Source of the DNA: Verrucomicrobiota bacterium
GTDB taxonomy: Bacteria > Verrucomicrobiota > Verrucomicrobiia > Limisphaerales > Palsa-1400
Direction: 5' to 3'
DNA length: 12,617 nucleotides
NCBI GenBank assembly: GCA_049510745.1
Contig: JBEKYR010000073.1
Location: forward strand, 1 to 12,617
Shown: piece by piece, positions 1 to 5,223 of the stretch
How the letters are laid out: each line of letters starts with the position of its first letter
Numbering within the stretch: the stretch's first letter is position 1
The notes under the pieces: generated by a model
The model's database searches: none
What the model was told of the DNA's origin: nothing
Seen by the model: only the letters and a program-made list of their open reading frames with translations
Translations under genes and position numbers: made by a program

Positions 1-54
1 GATTTTGACTGCTCCGAATTCAAAGTGCAGATCGGCCAAAATGTGTAAACGCAT
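1..54 (-). CDS. Metallophosphoesterase (calcineurin-like), N-terminal 18 aa only; runs off the window
   Basis: ATG at 54 gives MRLHILADLHFEFGAVKI, with the beta-strand plus D-x-H first metal-binding motif of calcineurin-like phosphoesterases. Not in the ORF track. Confidence 0.7.
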   Translation of the reverse strand, partial: MRLHILADLHFEFGAVKI

Positions 55-97
55 AGGTAACTTTATGTTAGGTGAGAATTGCTTAGGAGTTCAAAGT

Positions 98-125
98 GCG
101 GGCGGAAGCTTTCGCCTCCGCCCGC
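98..125 (-). terminator. GC-rich hairpin after the Ro60 gene (weak terminator or stabilising hairpin)
   Basis: GCGGGCGGAGGC-GAAA-GCTTCCGCCCGC followed by only ACTTTG, a poor U-tract. Confidence 0.5.
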
Positions 126-153
126 GTTGTTCCTGGCGTCCTTGAACCGTTCG

Positions 154-1845
154 CTATTCGCGAACAAAGTCCGCGATTACGGCCGGCACCGTCGTGTCGA
201 AGCCGACCACGTCCAGCATGCCGCGGTCGTTCGGGTCGGCGAGGGTGAAGCCGTTGGAGGTCATGCCCACAACGACCGCCTTCGCGTCGCCGACGAACTC
301 GTCGCGATACTGGCGCAGGGCCTGGGCCGGATGAATGTTGCCCGCCCACGTCTCGCTGTCCGTGTAGGTGACAAACGCCGACACGTTCAGCTTGTTGCGG
401 GCGGCCCACACCATTGGCAGGGCGCAATCCGTGCCACCCATCGGGATGGCTTCGATGCGCTTGATAACCTCGGCCAGTCTCATGCGCGGCGAGAGGTTCA
501 CGCGGGTGATGCCCGGTTCGCCGCCGCCATGCATGCCGCCGTAACGACCCTGTGCCGGAGCCGAGAACGCGATGATCTCGCATTCCGGTTCGGTTGCAGC
601 CGTGATCAGTGCCATCGCGGCGCTGCCTTCGCGGGCCGAGATGCATGAACCCGCGATCATCGAAGCCGCCATTGAGCCGCTCACGTCCAGCGCCAGCAGC
701 ACCGGCTTGTCGCATGGTTCCACGTTCTGGAACGTCGCGTAAAACGCTTCGTCCAGAGCGTCCACCACGGCCGACACTGGCGACCACTTGAGCGCGCCCT
801 TGTCGCCATGGCCCTGGGCGTAGATTTTCTGCGCCACAAGGACCGCCAGCGGGTGGATGCGCGCACGCCTGAGCGCCGTCTCGTCACGCAGCTTGCGGAC
901 GACCAAACGCTTGGCGTCGCTGAAGGGAGCCAGCAGACCGAGGCCAGTCATCTTGCCGAGGTTGCGGATCATCGCCGTCATCGGCATGCGTTCAAGCAAG
1001 GCTTCCCACACAATGGCTTCATTGAGCCACTGCGTTGGGATGGCTTCACGCGGCAGATCGAATTCGTTAATGAGCTTCACGATTTCGCCTGCGCTCGAAG
1101 CGCGCTTGGCCTGCTCGAAGGCTTCGATGAGCTTCGGCAGTGCGCCGACCGCGCCATACTTGGCAACACGGTCTTCACCGCGCACCTTGCGCTTCACTTC
1201 ACGCTCACCTAGCGAATCCGCGCCGGCCAGCAACCAGCGGAAGACCGATTCGTGCTGGGGCGACGGAGCCTTCGGGTGGGCAAGGCGGAGCAAGTCGCCG
1301 TGAGACCAACCATCGCGCTGCTGATACTTCACCGCCTGGTGCGCGAGATCATCGGCATCGCGGTAAACATACCAGTCGCCAACTCCATTGCGCAGACCAC
1401 GGCCCCAGCCGCGCATGGCGTTCACGTATTCAGCGAAGTGGAACAGATGCGTGCCAATGCGGCAGACCTTGTTCAAGATCGCGAATGCGTGCGCCTTCGC
1501 CCGGGCGTCACCATGGGTGACGGCGAGTGCCAGGGCGAAGATGGCCGGATCATTCTTGGGCGCGCGGCCCGCATCGCTGATCTCAACGATGCGGTTGACG
1601 GCGCGCACGCCATCCGCCTTGATGCAACGGACAATCGCCTCGTGGTTCTGCTTCACCAGATCGCGTTCCGTGATGTAATACGTGCCACCCTCGGCGCCAA
1701 GGATGAGGAAACGGTCAAGCCGCGTCCAGTCATCCACTTCCCAGGAGAAGCCGCCACCGGAGTTGCGGATCTGGGTCGAACCCGGGATCGGCTGCAATTG
1801 GGGAGTGATGCGGCGATTGAACTGACGTGCGTAGTTGATAGCCAT
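154..1845 (-). CDS. rsr: Ro60 orthologue (TROVE domain plus vWA domain), 563 aa
   Basis: N-terminal NSGGGFSW..LDRFLILGAEGGTYY, KYQQRDGWSHGDLLRLAHP, vWA MIDAS DVSGSM, GGTDCALP, TDSETW, C-terminal GMLDVVGFD; SD AAGGAGG at 1851-1857; adjacent Y RNAs. Confidence 0.97.
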   Translation of the reverse strand: MAINYARQFNRRITPQLQPIPGSTQIRNSGGGFSWEVDDWTRLDRFLILGAEGGTYYITERDLVKQNHEAIVRCIKADGVRAVNRIVEISDAGRAPKNDPAIFALALAVTHGDARAKAHAFAILNKVCRIGTHLFHFAEYVNAMRGWGRGLRNGVGDWYVYRDADDLAHQAVKYQQRDGWSHGDLLRLAHPKAPSPQHESVFRWLLAGADSLGEREVKRKVRGEDRVAKYGAVGALPKLIEAFEQAKRASSAGEIVKLINEFDLPREAIPTQWLNEAIVWEALLERMPMTAMIRNLGKMTGLGLLAPFSDAKRLVVRKLRDETALRRARIHPLAVLVAQKIYAQGHGDKGALKWSPVSAVVDALDEAFYATFQNVEPCDKPVLLALDVSGSMAASMIAGSCISAREGSAAMALITAATEPECEIIAFSAPAQGRYGGMHGGGEPGITRVNLSPRMRLAEVIKRIEAIPMGGTDCALPMVWAARNKLNVSAFVTYTDSETWAGNIHPAQALRQYRDEFVGDAKAVVVGMTSNGFTLADPNDRGMLDVVGFDTTVPAVIADFVRE

Positions 1846-1904
1846 GGTGGCCTCCTTTATATGTGCGCGCCGCCAACTCCCGGCACGGGTTTTCTATCGG
1901 TTAA

Positions 1905-1973
1905 ACTGCGGACAAGTTGGTGAATGTGGGGTTGGTCATTTGAAGTGATAACCCATGTTCTTCGGCCCGCAGT
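1905..1973 (-). ncRNA. Y RNA, minimal 69 nt, no tRNA-like domain (YrlB-like)
   Basis: 5' ACUGCGGGCCGAAG...UGGGUUAUC and 3' CUUGUCCGCAGU form the terminal stem with the bulged-C Ro60 site; resembles the metazoan Y1 5' end GGUCCGAAG..GUGAGUUAUC. Confidence 0.85.
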
Positions 1974-1987
1974 CAATGAGCTTGCGA

Positions 1988-2235
1988 TTATTCGCGGAAA
2001 AAAGTGATTCCTGAGAGCGCCGTCATATCGGCCGGTGCGGAGACAACATTTCTTAAAAGCTGCGTCCAGAGCCGCATGGGCACAGGTCGTTCCGGCCCAG
2101 CTTTTCGCTGAGTTCCTAATTCCCGTGAACGAGGCGCACGCCGCGTTTCACCTGTGTTTCGGACGGGAAACCCTTGCGACGTTTGCCGGTGATTTCGAAA
2201 CTTGAGTCTTCCTGATCGTGAGCATGGTTTGACAT
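1988..2235 (-). CDS. Small SEC-C (Zn-binding) protein, recoded or pseudogenised (in-frame TAG, +1 shift)
   Basis: SD GGAGG at 2240-2244, ATG 2235: [59 protein letters not shown]. The +1 frame continues [19 protein letters not shown]. The 3' end is uncertain. Confidence 0.75.
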
Positions 2236-2265
2236 ACGGCCTCCTGGTTTGAGTGTTACGGTTGA

Positions 2266-2290
2266 TTCATCGCGGCCGCGCCGTGATGAA
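2266..2290. other. Hairpin between a Y RNA and the SEC-C ORF
   Basis: TTCATCGCGG-CCGCG-CCGTGATGAA inverted repeat. Confidence 0.5.
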
Positions 2291-2296
2291 ATTTCA

Positions 2297-2422
2297 GATG
2301 GGCAAGGGACGCCATGGAATTACTCCTTGCGGAGGCTGCTCTACCGTTGAGCTACTGCCCCTTCAAGGGGGCAGATCGGACTCGAACCGACAACCGACGA
2401 TAACCCACAACTTCGGCCCATC
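2297..2422 (-). ncRNA. yrlA: Y RNA, YrlA type (circularly permuted tRNA-like domain)
   Basis: GAUGGGCCGAAG..UGGGUUAUC / CUUGCCCAUC Ro stem; T arm GUCGG-UUCGAGU-CCGAU, loop-closed acceptor-like stem, D arm UAGCUCAACGGUAGAGC. Confidence 0.92.
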
Positions 2423-2430
2423 AAATCAAA

Positions 2431-2554
2431 AGCGGACAAGAATGCGACTGTGGAGTTGCCCAGTGTGCTGCCTTTAGACCACCGCGGAATCTTCCGCGGG
2501 GCGGAATTGAACCGCCACTGCCGGGCCCCGATAACCCACAATCTATGGCCTGCT
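2431..2554 (-). ncRNA. Y RNA, YrlA type
   Basis: AGCAGGCCAUAG..UGGGUUAUC / CUUGUCCGCU stem; T arm GGCGG-UUCAAUU-CCGCC; closed CCGCGGA/UCCGCGG stem; D-like UGGUCUAAAGGCAGCAC. Confidence 0.85.
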
Positions 2555-2563
2555 AAAGAGAAC

Positions 2564-2694
2564 CGACGGATAAGAAACGAACTGGAAATTAACGTGCTCT
2601 ACCACTGAGCTACCCCGGCATATGGAGCCGGAGGCGGGATTCGAACCCGCGTCCACGCGCTTCGTAGGCGATAACCCAATCCTGCGATCCGTCG
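2564..2694 (-). ncRNA. Y RNA, YrlA type
   Basis: CGACGGAUCGCAG..UGGGUUAUC / CUUAUCCGUCG stem (compensatory AU/AU change); T arm GCGGG-UUCGAAU-CCCGC; closed acceptor-like stem; D arm UAGCUCAGUGGUAGAGC. Confidence 0.9.
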
Positions 2695-2708
2695 AAAAGC
2701 TAAAAACA

Positions 2709-2816
2709 TAGACGGACAAGAGGCGAGGTGGAAATCCATCGGTTGCCCAATGGCGCGGGATTTGCATCCGCTCGCGGTTTCCCGCTTACGATAATCCAAA
2801 CTCAACGGCCCGTCTA
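2709..2816 (-). ncRNA. Y RNA with G55-type T arm and no D arm
   Basis: UAGACGGGCCGUUG..UGGAUUAUC / CUUGUCCGUCUA stem; GCGG-GAAA-CCGC hairpin, T-like GCGGA-UGCAAAU-CCCGC, CCAUUGG-GCAA-CCGAUGG hairpin. Confidence 0.8.
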
Positions 2817-2819
2817 AAT

Positions 2820-2896
2820 TGACGCTCCCGATGGGAATCGAACCCACGTTTCCCGGACTAAATCCGGACATTCTCTCGCGGTTGAACTACGGGAAT
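2820..2896 (-). tRNA. tRNA-like gene with UUA anticodon (ochre/amber suppressor-like, or pseudo-tRNA)
   Basis: Cloverleaf ATTCCCG/CGGGAGC, D stem GTTC/GAAT, anticodon arm TCCGG-ATTTAGT-CCGGG, T arm GTGGG-TTCGATT-CCCAT, G73, ends TCA rather than CCA. Confidence 0.7.
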
Positions 2897-2981
2897 ATCC
2901 GGCACCCTCCTGCTGAATGCAGCACGGATGTCGGACGCGGTCTGGTCCGAGACCAACCTAGGTTGCGCCTTCGGAAAGTTC

Positions 2982-3110
2982 AGATGGACAAGTGGCGTGA
3001 TCGAACGGAGGCACTCCATGCCGGGAATCGAACCCGGACCGCCAAGGCTTTCGCCACGGACGGTACGCCCTCCTTATGGTGGAGGATAAACGATCAACTT
3101 CGGCCCATCT
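2982..3110 (-). ncRNA. Y RNA with T arm and extra hairpins
   Basis: AGAUGGGCCGAAGUUGAUCGUUUAUC / CGAUCA..CUUGUCCAUCU stem; T arm CCGGG-UUCGAUU-CCCGG; additional GAAA-capped hairpin. Confidence 0.82.
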
Positions 3111-3114
3111 AAAT

Positions 3115-3190
3115 TGGTCAGGAAGTCGGGATTCGCACCCGAACCGTCGCGTTCACAACGCGGAATGCTGCTGTTACACCACAATCCTGA
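3115..3190 (-). tRNA. tRNA-His(GTG), atypical
   Basis: Anticodon loop TTGTGAA; T loop TGCGAAT; encoded CCA; A73 and no G-1:C73. Confidence 0.8.
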
Positions 3191-3197
3191 TATGAAA

Positions 3198-3273
3198 TGG
3201 AGCCCCGGGTCGGACTCGCACCGACGATTACGAGCTTACGAAACTCGCCCTGTCGCTTCTGAGGCACTGGGGC
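3198..3273 (-). tRNA. tRNA-Thr(CGT)
   Basis: CGAGT-TTCGTAA-GCTCG; GCC..GGC acceptor, U73, CCA; T loop TGCGAGT. Confidence 0.87.
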
Positions 3274-3277
3274 AAAA

Positions 3278-3355
3278 TGGTGTCCACGGCAGGAATCGCG
3301 CCTGCGACCTCCACCTTCGCGCGGTGGCGCTCTGATCTAACTGAGCTACGCGGAC
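3278..3355 (-). tRNA. tRNA-Arg(GCG)
   Basis: CCACC-GCGCGAA-GGTGG (G32, C33); T loop CGCGATT; CCA. Confidence 0.85.
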
Positions 3356-3358
3356 AAT

Positions 3359-3436
3359 TGGCATCCGTGATCGGACTCGCACCGATTAGGCCTGGCTTGA
3401 AAGACCGGCTGCTCGATCTGCTTTGCATTCACGGAC
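3359..3436 (-). tRNA. tRNA-Glu(TTC)
   Basis: Loop CTTTCAA; acceptor GTCCGTG/CACGGAT, G73, CCA; T loop TGCGAGT. Confidence 0.87.
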
Positions 3437-3440
3437 GAAA

Positions 3441-3515
3441 TGGCCCCCGAAGTTGGTATCGCGCCAACGTCTCCTCCTCTTCAGGGAGGCGCTAATCTGC
3501 CTCAGCTACTCGGGG
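3441..3515 (-). tRNA. tRNA-Phe(GAA)
   Basis: CCTCC-CTGAAGA-GGAGG; T loop CGCGATA; G73, CCA. Confidence 0.87.
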
Positions 3516-3552
3516 AAATGGCTCACTGAGCCGTAGCTTGGAGAGCGAAAAC

Positions 3553-3626
3553 TGGTCGTCCCGGCAGGTAACGCTCCTGCTTCTTCCGGTTATCGACCGG
3601 AGGCTCTGCTTTTGAGCTACGAGACG
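3553..3626 (-). tRNA. tRNA-Ile(GAT)
   Basis: TCCGG-TCGATAA-CCGGA (C33); T loop AGCGTTA; A73, CCA. Confidence 0.87.
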
Positions 3627-3772
3627 GTGGTTAATTGGGGCTTCAAGCCAAACCGCTTCGCGGGACGGAAAACGATATTCACCTTCCCGGTTGGCCGGAT
3701 TCGCATGGCGCGAAAAGGCTTGTAGCTCCTGCGAAAGAGCAATTGGCTTTGATACTGAAGAACGGTCTTCAT
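3617..3772 (-). CDS. Putative 51-aa basic small protein inside the tRNA array
   Basis: SD-like AAAGGAAAG just before ATG 3772; MKTVLQYQSQLLFRRSYKPFRAMRIRPTGKVNIVFRPAKRFGLKPQLTTVS; fills the largest gap in the array; the stop overlaps the tRNA-Ile 5' end. Confidence 0.45.
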   Translation of the reverse strand: MKTVLQYQSQLLFRRSYKPFRAMRIRPTGKVNIVFRPAKRFGLKPQLTTVS

Positions 3773-3800
3773 GGGCTTTCCTTTCGTTGAGGGTTAATAT

Positions 3801-3887
3801 TGGCGGATGGTGTAGGGATCGCACCCACGCAGCCCGCAGGCTCACTCGGTTTTCGGGACCGGGGCATTACTTCTCTGCCAACCATCC
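3801..3887 (-). tRNA. tRNA-Ser(CGA)
   Basis: Loop CCCGAAA (C33), long variable arm, GGATGGT/ACCATCC, G73, CCA; T loop TGCGATC. Confidence 0.9.
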
Positions 3888-3895
3888 GAGCAAAT

Positions 3896-3969
3896 TGGCT
3901 GCCAGACTTGGACTCGCACCAAGACAAGCGGCTTAACAGGCCGCCGTGCTACTTTGACACCACCTGGCA
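3896..3969 (-). tRNA. tRNA-Asn(GTT)
   Basis: GCGGC-CTGTTAA-GCCGC; U1-A72, G73, CCA; T loop TGCGAGT. Confidence 0.9.
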
Positions 3970-3970
3970 A

Positions 3971-4046
3971 TGGCGCTGCCGGCAGGATTCTCACCTGCAT
4001 CGATCCGCTTAGAAGACGGATGCCTGATATGTTCGGCCACGGCAGC
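3971..4046 (-). tRNA. tRNA-Arg(TCT)
   Basis: TCCGT-CTTCTAA-GCGGA; T loop TGAGAAT; G73, CCA. Confidence 0.9.
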
Positions 4047-4053
4047 ATGGAAA

Positions 4054-4129
4054 TGGTCGGAATGGCAGGATTTTCACCCGCGGCCTCCCGGTCCCAAGCC
4101 GGGTGCTCTGAAGACTGAGCTACATTCCG
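4054..4129 (-). tRNA. tRNA-Pro(TGG)
   Basis: CCCGG-CTTGGGA-CCGGG; C1-G72, A73, CCA; T loop TGAAAAT. Confidence 0.92.
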
Positions 4130-4136
4130 TGAAAAA

Positions 4137-4212
4137 TGGCGGACCCGAAGGGAGTTGCACCCTCAACCCTCCCGCAGACAACGGGGCGCTCTGCTGATTG
4201 AGCTACGAGTCC
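4137..4212 (-). tRNA. tRNA-Asp(GTC)
   Basis: Loop TTGTCTG (U37); GGA..TCC acceptor, G73, CCA; T loop TGCAACT. Confidence 0.87.
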
Positions 4213-4216
4213 GAAA

Positions 4217-4304
4217 TGGTGGGAAGTGCTGGTAACGCTCCAGTCGTCGCTTCCAGCTTGTTTGAAGACACCGGTTTTACAGACCGGCAGCCGGATCACT
4301 CCCT
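4217..4304 (-). tRNA. tRNA-Tyr(GTA), D arm essentially absent
   Basis: CCGGT-CTGTAAA-ACCGG; long variable arm; only about 10 nt between the acceptor and anticodon stems; T loop AGCGTTA; A73, CCA. Confidence 0.78.
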
Positions 4305-4309
4305 AAAAT

Positions 4310-4387
4310 TGGTAGCGGGGGCAGGAATCACACCTGCCTCAAACGGTTTATGAGACCGTCCTCTGTGCTTTAGTCGAGTTCCCCGCA
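4310..4387 (-). tRNA. tRNA-Met(CAT), initiator-like 1:72 mismatch
   Basis: ACGGT-CTCATAA-ACCGT; acceptor TGCGGGG/CCCCGCT with U1:U72; T loop TGTGATT; CCA. Confidence 0.85.
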
Positions 4388-4393
4388 GTGAAA

Positions 4394-4468
4394 TGGTGGA
4401 GTCGATGGGTAACGCTCCCATATCAACTTGCTTGCAAGGCAAGTGCATTACTTGTCTGCCACGACCCC
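4394..4468 (-). tRNA. tRNA-Ala(TGC)
   Basis: CTTGC-CTTGCAA-GCAAG; G3:U70 and A73 identity elements kept; T loop AGCGTTA; CCA. Confidence 0.92.
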
Positions 4469-4474
4469 GGAAAA

Positions 4475-4546
4475 TGGCAGGCTGCCTCCGTGCCGCCCGG
4501 AGTACGCTGAGTTTTGGAGACTCGGCCGCGTGCTGACGCTCAGCCT
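4475..4546 (-). tRNA. tRNA-Trp(CCA), shortened D arm
   Basis: Loop CTCCAAA; G73, CCA; D arm GCGT-CAGC-ACGC; T loop GGCGGCA. Confidence 0.8.
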
Positions 4547-4555
4547 GTGAATGAA

Positions 4556-4632
4556 TGGTGCGGCTGCCGGGAGTTGCGCCCGGACTTCCTTCGTGGCGGG
4601 GAGGCATTCTGCAAAGGTTAAATTACAACCGC
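4556..4632 (-). tRNA. tRNA-Gly(GCC)
   Basis: Loop CCGCCAC (C33); GCG..CGC acceptor; A73; T loop CGCAACT; CCA. Confidence 0.85.
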
Positions 4633-4643
4633 GGAAATTAAGA

Positions 4644-4671
4644 GGGCCGGGAGCGTTCAGGTTCCCGGCCC
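4644..4671. other. Strong hairpin just 5' of the first tRNA
   Basis: GGGCCGGGA...TCCCGGCCC inverted repeat with no long U-tract. Confidence 0.6.
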
Positions 4672-4981
4672 ATGCCATTTCAACAAAGAACAAACACCTC
4701 TTGGCGATCTACTCGATCCCAACCCGCGGTTTCACGGCGGCTGTTTCGGTGTTTAGGGGCACACCTCCTGCGAAGCCCTTAATATGTAAATCTAAAATTC
4801 GTTTCGTTCGTCTTGGTGACGCTGTCTTCTGGTCGTGGGCAGACCCCACCGGTGAGGCTTCTCTGCTCGTCCTCGCCAAAAACAATTTGTCGCCAAAAGA
4901 CATCACCTGGATGTCGCTCTATTTTTGCTCACAGATCGTTCGTCTTTCGTTATCTGCCATTCTCGTCTCAGTCATACAGGG

Positions 4982-5018
4982 AAAATAAAAAACCCTGCTT
5001 ACACGCGGTAAGCAGGGT
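4982..5018 (-). terminator. Intrinsic terminator of a transcription attenuator
   Basis: Minus strand ACCCTGCTTAC-CGCGT-GTAAGCAGGG-TTTTTTATTTT. Confidence 0.92.
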
Positions 5019-5040
5019 GAATAAATTCTCTTTCGATTCG

Positions 5041-5211
5041 TTACCTGCTTACAGCCAGTCTATCCAAATTGCCTTCGGGTTGCTCTCCAATAGGCACCAA
5101 GGATAGTCCAAGGCCAAACACATGGCCTTGGGTGTACCGGCTATGACGTGTCGCTTTCGCGACCGCCATTGTCGGCCAACTCGTGGCTGATATGCTTAAG
5201 CAAGTCTTCAT
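5041..5211 (-). CDS. Putative attenuator leader peptide, 56 aa
   Basis: MKTCLSISATSWPTMAVAKATRHSRYTQGHVFGLGLSLVPIGEQPEGNLDRLAVSR*; TAA immediately follows the antiterminator; no clear SD. Confidence 0.65.
   Translation of the reverse strand: MKTCLSISATSWPTMAVAKATRHSRYTQGHVFGLGLSLVPIGEQPEGNLDRLAVSR
5044..5053 (-). promoter_or_regulatory. Antiterminator strand
   Basis: TGTAAGCAGG is an exact copy of part of the terminator 3' arm, so it can pair with the 5' arm CCTGCTTAC (5008-5016); it lies in the last codons of the leader ORF. Confidence 0.8.
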
Positions 5212-5223
5212 CGAACTTAAAGA

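Noticed and set aside
79..1923. Plus-strand and alternate-frame ORFs over rsr
   Set aside because: Shadow ORFs of a GC-rich gene.
2297..2694. T-arm and D-arm sequences as ordinary tRNA genes
   Set aside because: The order is permuted (T arm before D arm, closed acceptor stem, no CCA), which is the YrlA architecture.
2857..2863. Reading the odd tRNA as Leu(TAG)
   Set aside because: TAG is off-centre in the loop and there is no long variable arm; the centred triplet is TTA.
1905..3110. Recurring GATAACCCA / GGACAAG motifs as a CRISPR array
   Set aside because: The repeats are short, degenerate and irregularly spaced, and they form terminal stems; Y RNA Ro60-binding stems explain them, and there are no cas genes.
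3115..4632. Array as decayed pseudo-tRNAs or an organellar/phage fragment
   Set aside because: Stems, CCA ends and many identity elements are intact, the deviations are systematic, and no phage or integrase genes are in the window.
4690..4782. Known riboswitch or ribozyme (glycine, c-di-GMP, hammerhead)
   Set aside because: I could not match the required conserved cores by eye; kept only as an unknown structure.
2253..4988. Many 60-145 aa ORFs from the ORF track across the RNA cluster
   Set aside because: They overlap tRNA or Y RNA genes or the structured leader and lack SD sites and protein-like composition.
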